Source: Trichoplax adhaerens
Lineage: Eukaryota; Animalia; Placozoa
Direction: 5' to 3'
Length of the DNA: 64,000 bases
Assembly: GCF_000150275.1 (NCBI RefSeq)
Contig: NW_002060945.1
Coordinates: 2,317,172-2,381,171 of the forward strand
Under the pieces are notes generated by a model, which worked only from the letters and a program-made list of their open reading frames with translations, made no database searches and was not told where the DNA came from. The translations under genes were made by a program, and so were the position numbers. Within the stretch, counting starts at the first letter, position 1. Each line of letters starts with the position of its first letter. Positions 1-14,072 of this stretch are shown piece after piece.

Positions 1-462
1 CAAAAGTTCCGTTGGCATTAAAATAGCGGCCCTATATTAAGTAAATATATTTCGACATGCTTCAAATAAATAGTGGAATGGGTCATTTATGTGTACTAGC
101 GTTGCATCCGCGTAAAGCAGAGATCTACATTGAGACATTATATCCTTACTGAAACTATGACAGTACAATAGACTCAACCAGTATTATTGTCTTGGCTATT
201 AAATCTCAAATTCAGAATATCATTAGATGTTTGATGGTACATCTTTGGTTGTTTCTTTACTAATTTTTACAAATTAAAAAAGCCGACTTATACCTTATGC
301 TATAAGCTTTTGCTATTGCATTAACTAATGAACGAATTTTTAAACCATTGATACAGCAATCACAGTAGATCATTAAGGCCTTATTACGTTGATCAATATC
401 CTTACTAGATCCCAGTTTCTCGCGATACTAACTATTTCTCTATATTCTATAATCTTTCCAAG

Positions 463-3378
463 ATGTGGGGAATTTTAAGAAGGCAGAAAAATGTTCAAAA
501 GTCATTAGGCTCAACAACCAATGGTTCCGATACAAGTTCAGTTAAATCACAGGTATGCATTCGTATGTACCATGCCTATGTTAGGTCTGAAGTTGATAGT
601 ACCCGAAACGCTACGAATTATTCATTTACTCACTTCTGCGATATAACGAGTAGAATAATTACTTAAATAAAGCGTAACAGTCTGAAATTTCAGTGTTAAC
701 TTTAATTCTTCCATGATATATATGTACTATTGACTTTAATTAACGATGCTTAATACATAGTCTTAGTACTCTTGACACGTTTAAATTTGTTAAATTATCA
801 ACTCGCAATTTTTTGAAATTTAGGAAGAGGACAACAATATACGAAGATCATCGTCTGCGTCAGACGATAGTGAAGGTGTTGAAGCAGAAAGTTGTAGACG
901 AGAATTAGAAGATCGAGCCCGCGTGTCTTTAGACAGAGCCAAGGTTAATATAGAAGTATTGTCTATGAGCCACTGCTAGTACTTCTTTATTACTCTTCTG
1001 TTACTTATTGTTATTGTTTGTGACAATCTGATGTAGTCTAAGACCATTGCCTTTGCTGTACGGGCAAATGTCGGTTTTAACGGTTCCGTTGACGATGACT
1101 CTCCGCTCCCTGGATATGCTGTATCATTTGATTCGAAAAGTTTCTTGCATGTCATCGAAGTAAGTTATTATTCTTCTTCTTTTTGTTTATGTCAGTTTGC
1201 ATCACGAACACCTAAACTACTGATAAATTTTCTACTATAATTTTATAATATATTTTCTAACAAAAAACTTGCCTGTAAATTGCTAAAGGAATTTAATGAA
1301 GAATGGTGGATCGGAAGAGTTGTCAAAGTTGGTGCTGGATTTGGTTTTGTGCCTAGGTACTACAACCGATAGTGTTTTTATCTCATGATCATTACTGTTT
1401 ACTAGTGTTATAATCGACGCTTTTACGGATCGAATGCTTTTGCTATATTTATTTTTGCTAATGTAATGTAGCCCAATAAAATTTGAAAATTTGAAACTGC
1501 AAAGCAGTATTACGTCCATCAAATCAATTCCCAGAACTACTGCTAGGTACTAATATTAAAAAATATGTTAACTAAGCCATTGTAATGTCGAATATGCATT
1601 ATTTTATTGCATTAGTAAATAATAATATATTTTCGTTGTTGTAATAGATCTATCAGCAATCAAAATTATTTTAGTTACTACGTCAAGGAAGCTTCGACGT
1701 TTGTTGGTGCGACTGCTTCAGGTTTGCACTTTTATTGGACAGGATTTGTACTTTAGGTTGATAGCCTTACCGTTCGTATTGTTATCAATAGGGATTGATG
1801 AAATTTCTTCTCCACGTACTGTTGATATAACTTGCGAAGACGAGGAGGAATTCCCTGATGTCAAAGAAGAGCGTTCAGGAACCGGTCTTTCTGGCATTCG
1901 ATCGAAAAGAATACTTTTTAAGAAGGTAAGTTTTAGCAATTACCTAGATATTCTTATCTTGCTGTTGTTCTTATACTTATTTACGTTTATGGAGAATTAA
2001 ACCTAATCTGTTCTTATTACCATTAGATGGATTCTCAGTCACCTTACGACATCGTTCCCATAATGCGACCAATCGTTCTAGTTGGTCCATCATTAAAGCA
2101 ATATGAAGTAAGATTTACTGTATTATTCTATCTGTATACCAAGTATTTATTTACGTATTTGATCTTAAAGTTGATAGTTACTAAGTTTGATACTGATTTT
2201 ACTGTGTCTTTCTTGAATTATAAGGTTACAGATATGTTACATAAGGCCCTGTTAGACTATTTGAAGCAGAAATTCGCTGGAAGGTATAGTAAATGTGAAT
2301 ATTACTGATTTGAAATTAAGCACTGATAATCATGCTAAAGTAAAAATTTGATTGTGATAAGTAAATGGAAATTCATGCCAAGGATAACATATTTATTATA
2401 TTATTATTCGCTTCAATGTAGAATTGCTTTTATGAAAGTGACTGCAGATTTTAGTTTAGCTAAAAAGATGACGCCACAAGCCGCAAGTAAAATTGCTGTA
2501 ATGGAAAAAAACAGTAATAAATTCTCAGGATTAGGTATTACCTTTTGCTAATATATACTTTGTTTGAATGTAAATGAGCGCATCTTAAATTATCGTTTCA
2601 AGATGCACGATATCTATTTTACGGGCTATTTCCATAATATTATATTGATGCAATTCTATCTATAGCTTATTAATAAGGTTTTATACACTTATAGTGGAAG
2701 TGTCCAATACTGTTAAAAGAGTATTTGAAATGGCTAAGAATAATATGCAGTTATTGGTCCTTGAAAGTGATGCAATTAATCATCCCTCTCAAATATCGAA
2801 AACAAATTTAGCCCCATTGATTTTTTACGTGAAAATAGACAATGTTAAAGTATGTTACAAACTGAAAATTTATTTAAAAATATTAGATATTTCTTTACAA
2901 AAACTAAATAAAATATTTTACGCTGTTATCCATGTGCAATAGGTTTTACAACGGTTAATCAAATCTCGTGGAAAGAGTCAGAGTAAATATATGAATGCTC
3001 AGTTGGTTGCTGCAGAGAAATTGCAATTATGTAATGAGGTTAGTAATTACTATCATAAAAGTAGACTATGCCTGCCTATATGTAATTTTACTAAGAAATT
3101 ATAACATTGGATTGCTACAGGATCAATTTGCAGCTATTTTAAATGAAAATCTATTACGTGAAGCATGTGAACATCTTGGTGATACATTGGAAGAATATTG
3201 GTTAGCTTGTCATCCACCTTCGAGTGTCTCTCGCAATCAATCAGCTAACTGTTCACCTGCTAGAAGTCGACATGATACATTGCATAATGTATCAAGGCAC
3301 CAAACACCTAAAAATTCGCCTAAACTTCCGCAAAGACTGCATAATTTTCTTTCAAGATCCTCTAGTAATAAAACGTAA
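463..3378 (+). CDS. CACNB: Voltage-gated calcium channel beta subunit (SH3-HOOK-GK), ~13 exons; may start upstream of the window
   Basis: Approximate exons: 463-552, 824-943, 1037-1159, 1289-1356, 1472-1546, 1648-1721, 1792-1925, 2027-2107, 2225-2283, 2422-2534, 2695-2849, 2943-3038, 3121-3378. Motifs: [11 protein letters not shown] and [16 protein letters not shown] (SH3); [61 protein letters not shown] (GK). ATG 463 follows a pyrimidine tract plus AG, so this could be an internal exon. Confidence 0.96.
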
Positions 3379-5242
3379 TGATGTTTGTGCCAATGTCATA
3401 TTTAATCATATCTTTTTGCTATATTATATCATATAATCACCGCCAAGGTTATCATAGAAGGATTGCTAATATTTTGTGACCTTGCTTCGTTACCTATATT
3501 AGAACGGTTATTGTTGAAGCATTTCTAAAGCTATTAGCTTTTTAGTTTATTCGAACGACTGGCTTGAAGTCTTTGTATTTATATTCATGCATCATTAGGT
3601 GTGAGAATGACATGGAAGAGAATATAGTATCAATTCCTTTCATCTCATGACAACACTTAACTCATCACTATGCTTTCATGTTACTAGACGAATACAATTG
3701 ATCTCGTAGTTCTTTTTTTATCCGTGTCCGTACACTATGCAGTGAGCACAGCTTATGTAACTATTATTATTGAGTTAATTTTTTTCTTTTAATAACACAA
3801 CCTCAAAAGCTCGCTACGGATTAACTGCGCTACGTAGGTTTACCGCTGTATGAAATACCGTATACCGCATAATGCAGATATATATATTTGACCTTTCGGT
3901 CCTATTGGCAATATTGTAATATAATAATTATGATTATAGCAGGGCACGCTTGGACTTAAGCCTTAATCAATATAAATATCTTAACCGATGTGTTTCCATC
4001 AATTTTACTATTTATTAATTGCACGTCCAATATCAGCACGTATAGTCATTGGATGTTATTTATGACAAAATTTTTAACATATCCGATAAGATTAGCGTAT
4101 AATATTTTACTTCTATTGAAATTATTTGAGGCTAAATAAATAATAAATTATTTATTGCACTACCTTTTCTGTATTGGTTAGTTTTTTTTTGGTATTCATG
4201 CGCAGACGACTAAATAGTCTAGTACAATCAGGTACTTGCTATTTGTAGCAGATCCTGAAAATTTGTAAAGCACAATATCATTAACTCTGTAGTGCATTAA
4301 GGGAGAATTGTCTAAGAATGGAGAGCATTCCTGTATTTGATCCAGCTCTCTTAGATGCATCTGTAATTGAATCGCGGCCGCTGGTATGGCTAACAACAAC
4401 GTGCCATAGCAATAAAAAGAACATTCAAAGCATTTTATTACATATTGTAGAGTAAGGATATAATGACATCCGCAATTAATTAATTACCTTTGAATACTCA
4501 TCGACTGGAGTCTTGGAAATTTTTTCAAGCTTTGTTAAATTTGACATCTATACCAAACCGTGCATTGTATTTACTCGATAGACTGTATACCTGTAAAGTT
4601 TCTGCTGATACCCGTAATATGCAATATCTACCATCAAAAAATTATTATGAACTCAGATTTTTTTTTGTAGCGTCCTATGCAATTGTATTGCAGTTACAGA
4701 ATTAACTAAGGTTAAAGTTATGAGATTGTTCGAAAACACATTACAGAGTAGTTCAAGTCGGTATTGTTCAAGGTACCAAGTGTACATGCATATATATAAC
4801 AATAAAGTAAAGTTATACAAGAAATTGTAGTTCTTGCTATAATATTTTGGAGAGAGCTTATAAAACCAATATAAAATTACGATTCGAATAACATAACTTC
4901 CATCTTAAAATAGCGGAAAATATTCATGATAGTGAAACAAACATATTGTAGCGTAGGGAAGCTGATCGATTGATCTCAATGCCTTTTTCCGTCTATCCAG
5001 GCCTCTGTAATCGTCCGCTCCACACTCCACAGCGCAGTTTCGCAGTTTTACTGTAGGCCTAAACCATCAGCATGTTGTATACTACAAAGTACAAGACCGT
5101 AAGATTTCATATTGCTATTACTATCGCGCACACTAAATTCAGTAGCTAGAGTCTCAAATATCATTTGAAGGCTGAACCAGACTAATCCATCAGCTACACA
5201 TTGCTACCTGGTTACTGTGTGGAAAGACCAAGAGAATTAGCA

Positions 5243-8200
5243 ATGGATGACGAGAGATTTGCTCATATTTCCTATGATCCCAAATTTAAGGTAATTCTCA
5301 GTCATAATGCATGTAATAAATCGGTTATAGTAAGTAAAATGGATCTATATTGTAGAGATCAGATGGCCAGTACCAACTGTAGACGATCACTTGTTATTTG
5401 GCTTAATTTGCGTAATGACTTTTGCTCGAGGACGAAAATTAAGCCGGCTATAAAATCATTTATAAAGATCATTCAGTTCTCAGTCGATCTTTGAAGTAAA
5501 ATCAGTAACAGNNNNNNNNNNNNNNNNNNNNNNNNNNNNNNNNNNNNNNNNNNNNNNNNNNATGGCTTAATTTACCACTGACAGCCAGGACGACTTGCAT
5601 ATTGTAACCTTGTCTTTCTGCATTATTTACATCGGAGTATCAATAGCATCTTGCTGAGCGTCTTAGTTTTAGTGACAGTCTATAAAATGAACAAATTATG
5701 TTCTAGTTGTAGCAGATACAAATTTTATCATTTCTTACTCGAAATAGAGTAATCAACTTTTGTCTCGTAGTAGTATAGCCTTATATCGAAGCTTCAAGTA
5801 GCATGTAGAAGGAGTTAAACTCTGAGTGAGATTGTAGCAATACCCTGCTAGAGCAAGTGTACTGTCTGCTCATAGTAGTTTATCAATATTGATATGCTGC
5901 TGCTACCTATCGGTTTGAGATTTATATTATTAAATTATAGTAATTTAAAACAATTTGATCTGTTCATAATATGAGGTATATTACAGTATGTACATCATAA
6001 ATGACTTAAACATTAATAGAAGCAAGGCTTTTAAGGAAATGCTATTATCATGGTTGCCCATGCCTCATTAGTTGGATTAATCGATCTTTTAAATCTCTTT
6101 GTTTACAGAAAATTTCGCGTCAGCAGCGAAAAGTTGTCATCGATGCTCGATTTAAGCGCATGTTTGAGGATAAATCCTTCAAGACGATCTGTAAGCTATA
6201 ACTAAAATTTTAGAAATTTGCTACTGCTAGTGGCAATTTATGTAATGTATGCATTGTACAATAAGATTCATGGCTCAATGAGGATATTCTAACAATGATC
6301 TACAATTCTACTTCGCGGTGAAAACATTTTGAAATTACATATTAAAAGTATTTAGTCGTAAATAACTAATAGATAATGTTTCAATACTGTACATTGTTAT
6401 ATGTCCCTTTTAAGAAGAACTAGTGACACTAAAACCTTGCAGAATTAATCCATGTTAGATTTTTGATAACTTTTCTAAATTAGGATGATGATCTATACGC
6501 AATGAATTAGATTACTTAAGGAGTTGCCTTGGGTGTATCGCCACTAACTTAAACTGTGCTTATACCGCATCCGTACTAGCATTGATAGAATCCTGACAAT
6601 CTTGTGACTTTTCCAATTTATTATAGATACCGTCGACAAGCGAGGTAAAAAAAGTACTGAAACATCCACCGAAAATCTGCGTAAATTCTATGAACTGGAC
6701 GATGATGATGGTAAGAGTTCGTATCGTTTTACTTACATAGCACATTCAGTTAATGCTTGATCTGTGTACCTACGTGAAAATTATTATAATTTGTCTTATC
6801 ATTGTATTTTCAATTAGGAGATAGTGATGATGATCACGAGGAACATCAATCTATAGAAGGGTAAGCATACTTAGTTAATGGATAGCATAGTTGATAGCAG
6901 CAGCCTTAATTGCTTTGATTTGAAAGGCTGGCATAAGTACGATAAAATCGAAAGAACGTTTTCTAACCGTGAAGATACATTTAAGCAGTGCTGAAGCAAT
7001 AATACTAAATCTGAGATTATTTACCTAATTATTATTTTTGTGATGTGAACAAAAGTTCCGGTAAAGATGGCATCCGAAAAGACAAAAGGAAAAGTATGAG
7101 AAATTTGTAAGCAACTACTGTTAGCATGGAACTTTAAAGTTTTTTTGCAAATATGTGTCTATGATATTTTAGTGGATAACTCTTCGACTAGTCGTGAAGT
7201 AGAAAGCTCCGAAACTTCCGAGGACGATGATAGTGAAAAGTCAAGTGGTGAATATAGCAAGGATGAAGTTAGTGACGAAGACGCAAGTGATACTAGTAGT
7301 AGCAGTAGCAGTTCAGAAGACGAAGATAGTTCAACGGATGGTAAACCTGGAGAGGTAGATTTTTGATATTTTTGAGAACAGCAAATTATGGATGTAAACT
7401 TTAAAATTTCTCAACTCATTTGAAATACTATTTATTAGAAGTGTACGAAATCTATTATTGTTGTCATTAGGAAATCGTACACCCTTGGGGAGAAATAGAA
7501 AATGTAGTCCACGCTGAGGATGTCACATCCCGCTTTGCTGTGTGCAACTTAAACTGGGAATTAATTACTGCGGATGATTTATTTGGTGTGAATATTTCTC
7601 ACTTTCTCAAAAGCACAAATAATTTAGTGATACTTTACTAATATTGCAAATGACACGCAAACTTTAGCACTCTTCTACTCTTTTAAACCAAGAACTGGAA
7701 TTATAAAATCCGTTAAGGTACTTTATGATCGTTCATAACGTGTTTTCTTGACCATTTATTTAGACGAGATTTTGTTAGTTCTTAGTCATAATTTCATTAC
7801 ATGTAATCATTATATTAGATTTATCCTTCCGAATTTGGATTAGAACGTATGGCTGCCGAAGAATGTCAAGGGCCAGGAAAATTTATTGATACAGATGAAA
7901 ATGTTCAGGAGGAAATTTCTGAGGTAGCATTACTGAAAATTGATACAGCAGATAAAATTGCTAAAAAGTCGATATTGGTTTGATGTACTTCCGTTTTTGT
8001 TTAGGGGTCTGAATATGCAAAAGAAAAAATTAGGCAATACGAATTAAGTAAACTAAAGTACTTTTATGCAGTGGTTGAGTGCGGTTCCCCTGGTAATTCT
8101 ATATATGTAAACGTACGTGAGGTATTACGAATACGGCACTATTATCGAACTTTTTGTATGTACTTGCATCTTATAGGCACTGCAAATGCTATTTATGAAG

Positions 8201-10767
8201 AATGTGACGGTTTCGAATACGAATTAGGAGCCAGCCGTATCGATTTAAGGTTTTTTAAGCTCTTCAGTTCCTGAAATTTAATACTTCATCATTACTGTGC
8301 TTATGCACCTTCATATTTACATACCCAGTCTTGTCTTGATAGATTTATCCCGGATGATATGAAATTTGACCTGGAACCACATTCAGTTGCCCTAGAATTA
8401 CCAACAATATCAGACAGTAAATCCCAGACGTACGTCTAGATATAGCTGAGTCTTTGCTGTTTTGAGAGTATTGTTTAATACTTTGTCTTATCAAAGAAGT
8501 TCTAAATTGTCTGTGCATTCTTCTGTTAATTTATCAACTTTGAAAGTTTGCTATATAAACATTGCAACAAAATTATGTTTTTAGTTATCGTGTAAATGCA
8601 CTTCAAAGTACTAATATCCAATTGACATGGGATGGCGTTGATAAGCAAAGATCAAATTTGATGAAAAAAAAGTAAGACTTTGCCTGATTTTTTATTTTGC
8701 TATTCAATCAACAGCTTTCGCAATGTTGTAAGTTTGATGCAAAATAAACTTGTTTCATCAGGTTTACTGAAGCTGAGATTAATGATATGGATATCAAAGC
8801 CTATATTGCCTCATCTAGTGATGAAGATGCAAAGTATACTTCAAATTTTTTTACCTAGTTTAATGTAGTAAATTAACTTCTAACATGCTGCACTATCTAA
8901 CTTTCACGTCTAATATGCAATCTCTGTGTGTATACAGAGAAGAGAGCGATAACGACGGCAAAGCGAATTTAAAGAATAAATATCAGGTATGATCATATCT
9001 CACGATGTAAAGTTATTGATTTGAAGTGATTTCTTTGTTTATTTTGTAACTTCTAACTGTACATGTTTTTAACAGGCATTGGTACAAAGTGCTAAAAGCG
9101 ATGGCGAAGATGATGAAGAGGAAATGGAAATCACGTGGGAAACAGGTAAATTCTCTTTATTATCATTCTTCTGTATCTATAGGAAAATATCTGATATGGC
9201 AATGCAATTTTAAAGGCCTTACCGATATGGCTGAAGAAATAGCTTCTAAAACTAAAGGTAAAGTTAGAAGTGATTACTTGAATGCTTTAAAAATGTCGTT
9301 TATAGCGTAATACGGAGAAGCCTAACATTTTTCGTATCGAATTTATAGAAAAGTTAATGAATAAGGGTCTTACACCATGGGAAAAATATTTGCAAAAGAG
9401 GAAGGAAAAAAAGAAAGAAAAACGACTTGCTCATAAGGTTTGTTCCAGTATTGAAATACTGTCTATATTCAGTATAACAGACGTAACTTTGAGGCTGTGA
9501 ACTTTACAAAATATTAATGTAGACCACTAGAAATGAAGATATATCAGATGTGCCTGCTGACATTGACATAAATGATCCATTCTTTGCTGACGAGCTTAAG
9601 AATAGGCGTAAGGTAAGGTTTACAATTCCATTTGGCTTTTTATGACCATTTGATCCTAAAATGCTCTTTCAAATTTGATTTGTAATTATAATAAAATAGA
9701 CTTCTAATGAGCGTAATGAAAAGAAATCAAAACGACAGCTAACTAAAGAAGAGCTGAATCGATCCGCGGAAGAGAAATCAAAATTAGAGTTACTAGTTTT
9801 AGATAGTGATAATAGCAGAAGCCATTTTAATATGAATGTTAGTTTCCAGTCACTATGACTTTACGTTTTGCAATTACTTGTAATTTGTTCAAATTAATTT
9901 TCGATAATGGTTATTATTTGTAGTCACTAGAAATTAACAATCCCAAAAAGAAGAAAAGGAAACTGGATACTAATGATTCCAAGGATGTTCGTTTCACAAC
10001 TTGATCATAACTTTATAGTCATGCAATAATGTAGTCACTTAGTAACGATTCAAATCACTGCTATTGCTTTGCTTTACTTTTGCGTGACGGAAGGTTCTAT
10101 ATTACATTTATTAGGCGCCAGAAGATAATTTTGCAATTGACGTTAATGATACGAGATTTAATGCCTTATACAACTCGCATGAATTTGCAATTGACCCTTC
10201 GGATTCCCTATACCGGTAAGTATCAAAGCTGAAGCGAACACGACATGTATTGACTCTTCGCGTTGACTTGAAATGGATATTTCAAATGGGACTTTGTATA
10301 CTGTAGGAAAACAAAAGGAATGGAAACGTTACTTAAAGAGCGACAGCGAAGAAGACGAAATGGCGACGAGAACGCTGACAGTAGTAGCAATAGTGGTAGG
10401 TAAACGTATAAGGCTGAGGAGATTAACCCTATCAGCATAATAGGATAGCTACAAAAAGAGTGCGATTTGAAATAAATTATTCTAATAATTACTTTATTAT
10501 TAACATGTCCATTTAATTACATAAAGCTAAGAACAATAGCCAAATGAAAGATAAAAGGTATAAATACATAATTAATTTCCGATAATGAAAGATATTCTGT
10601 GTATGATATCATTACTTGGCTGCTAAGAACCAACTCTACGATCATATTCACATAAATATAGTATATCTGCACTTGTAAAGTCTGTAAAAGCCAAATCTTT
10701 GCATCTTCACGGCAAGAAATCGAGCCGATTACATGGAAGAAAAAAAGATGGAAATAATGCAACATAA
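5243..10767 (+). CDS. ESF1: ESF1 pre-rRNA processing / nucleolar protein, many short exons
   Basis: MDDERFAHISYDPKFK; KVVIDARFKRMF; YTVDKRG; acidic tract; TSRFAVCNLNWE; IYPSEFGLERM; KIRQYELSKLKYFYAVVEC; IYEECDGFEYE..IDLRFIPDD; NUC153-type DVNDTRFNALYNSHEFAIDPS; terminal ISALVKSVKAKS with TAA at 10765-10767. Confidence 0.95.
5512..5561. other. Assembly gap (50 N) in ESF1 intron 1
   Basis: Run of N characters. Confidence 1.
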
Positions 10768-11222
10768 GCACATATCACGCAGGTACAACAATACTAAATA
10801 CAGTAAAGCAGACATACTTTTATGTATTTTATTACATAAAATACGCTGAATCTAATCTTAGCGCTATTAATATTTATAATTTCATAGATTGGCATTCGTA
10901 TATGGCATCAATTGAAAAAATATTAAATTGCAGGATACTGCAGTATATGTCGGAATGATACAGAGTTGTTGGTTACAAATTGGATTGATATATATTTAAA
11001 TTACGAGATATTAATGCCGTATTGAAACTTTCATTTTTACTTGATATAAATGCAAGTGTTATATTTGTTACTGATATATAAAACTGAGGAGTTATTCCAA
11101 TTTTACGAAAACCTTTCAAATAAAATGGTCTAAACAAAATATGGACATTGCCTCATTCTTTTGTTAACACTAGTATTACCGTAGTAGCTAAAGTTTAAAT
11201 TGAATAGTAAGGTTTAGGTTTT

Positions 11223-12953
11223 TCATGTAACATTTTTCAAATCAGCTGTAAATAGAACCTAGATAAGCATATAAGAGCAAAATAGAAACGAATTTAGCGT
11301 AGCAAATATTATGTATATCCAATCTGTTAAATATTCAATTATTCTATTGACTTTAATATTAGGCATAATTACAGAGTGTGCCCATCCAGCATAAGGGCCG
11401 TAGAGTTTTAAGAAATATTCACCTAAATAATAAAAATAGACCGTAGATAATGTGTTATTTGTAGTCAAGAAGCAATTCATGACTTAATTTTAAACTAATT
11501 TGATATTTATGATATCATTTGTTTCGTTACTTACTAATCTCAGTATAAGCTTTTCCCGTAAGTGATTTTTGTTTTCGGAGGCCTGGAATGTAATATCTTG
11601 ATGAAATCTGAAAGACATGTGTATCTACCGGTACAACCGAAGGCTTATCTAAAGACATTAAGCAAATGCAGTCAGCTACTTTAGCTCCAACACCATATAA
11701 CTGCCGCAGCTGTTGCTGGCATTCTTTGTACGGAGTCTGACGAAGTGAATATAGCCAAGCGACACTAGGATAACCAATACGAATCCGATTTAGCTTGAGA
11801 GATAAATTTTTTAAAATTTGTTATAATGGTGCAACAATTAGTTAATTTTACCCTTTCTTATTCAAAATCTTTGCAGATTCATTGATGTACTTTGCACGGT
11901 AGCCAAATCCCATATCACGCATCACTTTCTCTGCATCATGCTGTGCTAAAGCTGCAATCTCAGGAAACTGATAATAATCGATGCCATCGACATTCAAAAG
12001 TCTAACATAGTTTAACAGTATAAGAAGAGTTCAATTTCGCCTAACGAAAACGTTCTTCTTACATGTATGCCTAATATAATGAATTAATTTTTATCGCGAA
12101 GTTATGAGTTTAACCTACTTTCGACCATATCTTTTGCATAGATTACCAACCATACCGGTAATTCTGGAAATATTATTATTTGATGAGCATATAAAGGAGA
12201 ATAAATTTTCTACAGGATCTTGTCTAAGAATACGAATTCCGGTCATTGAAGTAGCAACTTTAGCAAAATTACTATCAGCTTTACTCCATTCAGCATACAG
12301 TTGTCTTAAATTGACATCTAGCTGAAAATAGTCTTTAATGATAGAGTCAAAGGTTTGGTATTGGCTCTCAATGGCATCCATGCTTTCTAAACGAATATAA
12401 TTAATGTTAAGGAGCTAGCAATTTCTAATGTGACATGTTCACTCGATGACCAAGTCGCTAGCAATTGCTTTAATCTACAAATAGCTTAGTGTACATAATA
12501 TAGAAGAGTTAATTACATGAAGAAAGGGTAATTTTCACATTCAATATGGACAGGTCTTACCCTCCAATCTGTAGCATTATTGAATGCAAACTATTACGAA
12601 TTTTTCAACAAGTTACCTTGGTAACCAGCTCCCTTCTTGGCAATCACATGCCGCCGACCGAGGTCAGTACCAGCTTTCCTCTTCCTTTTCGATGAAACCT
12701 TGGTATCTTTCCATGGTCCATGAATCATGTATAATAAATTTTCATCATTTCTATCTTGTTTTAACGTCCATACCATCTCGGCAATTACTCCACGCCATGA
12801 CGCTTGAGTATCACCATCTACTGTTGCTGTTTCGTTCTCGCGAGCGATCTTTCTCCAAGTAAATTGTTGACCACTTTGTAATGTCTTACTTAAATTTAGC
12901 TCACCCCTAGGTAATTTAATTACACGCCAAGTTTTGAACAGCGACTCTGCCAT
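11223..12953 (-). CDS. OGG1: 8-oxoguanine DNA glycosylase/AP lyase, 6 exons
   Basis: Exons 12953-12617, 12386-12119, 12001-11852, 11764-11535, 11422-11373, 11258-11223. Motifs: [46 protein letters not shown], Hh[13 protein letters not shown] (catalytic Lys), VPVDTHV (catalytic Asp), [12 protein letters not shown]. Confidence 0.97.
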
Positions 12954-14072
12954 GAAACTAGTCGAATAAATAATTAAAATAAATCTCTGGAAAATCCTAC
13001 AGTAACTGCTACCATGACTAATTCATTGCATTACATAATGATGCCATCTACAACGTGTGCATCCTATATCCAGTAATATCATTATTCCACCGATAGCAAT
13101 TAATTAAATGATTTAAAAATGTCCACTACAAATACAAGTGTTGTTATTACTTGAAAATTAATATACTATCCATGTGTATTCTATGAAATATAGCAATATT
13201 TGATAGCTTCCTAGCGTTATTACCTGACTTGTTTTCGTTTGGGCGCAGTACTCGTTATACCCAAAATCAATGCAACCAATCGGACGCTGTAGTCTGCACG
13301 TAAACATACAATTGCAATTGCGAATGCAAATAAGTTTACGATGGTTTATCCAATAACTGCATAATATAGAAGAAAATGCAGCAATTTTTAAAGCTCTACT
13401 GCCGGCAATGGAAGATGGAGCTCGAATGATTTCACAAATTACGATCGCTTGTGATATAGTACTCTAGTATACCGTAGGCTGTCTTTTACAAGTACTGTAT
13501 GAACACCCCACCTACCAATTCATACTAATGAAGTAAGCTTAAAATCCTACATAATACACTACCCTATTTGCAATATCAGAATTGATGCTCCTACCTTTCA
13601 GTAGTAAATCATCACCGATGGCAAGAAGAAGAAACAAGCTTTGCAGTTCTTGAGCATCATTCCCACAAAATTGGCAGAATTACGCGATAGAATTCCTAAT
13701 TTTAAACCCTTTCCTTGTGTAAGCGTAATTTCCCAATATCGACCAGTTTATTACTGACATACGATAGGAAAAAAAGGACAAAGAAGGAATAGGAGTCCTT
13801 GTCAATTTGCAGGAATAACTTACAGAAAAAGGAGCTAGAAATCCAACTGTGAAACGCCTCGATTGTATGCTTCTAAGTATAATTTTTACAAGCTTTGTCT
13901 ATTAATTATTCGATATTTACAGCTGATTTCTTAAAATAGTAAGATAGCCTTCTTGTCTACAGCAAATTCCTAATTAGTTTATCATCGGTTTATCGTCTGT
14001 TAAAGGTTTAAAATTGATCGAAATTTCCCCCAAGATACGTAAACAATTCTCAACATCAACCAAATCGTCAAT

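Noticed and set aside
12561-12568. Possible 8-nt micro-exon in OGG1 intron 1
   Set aside because: Exon 1 splices directly to exon 2 in phase 1; inclusion would shift the frame.
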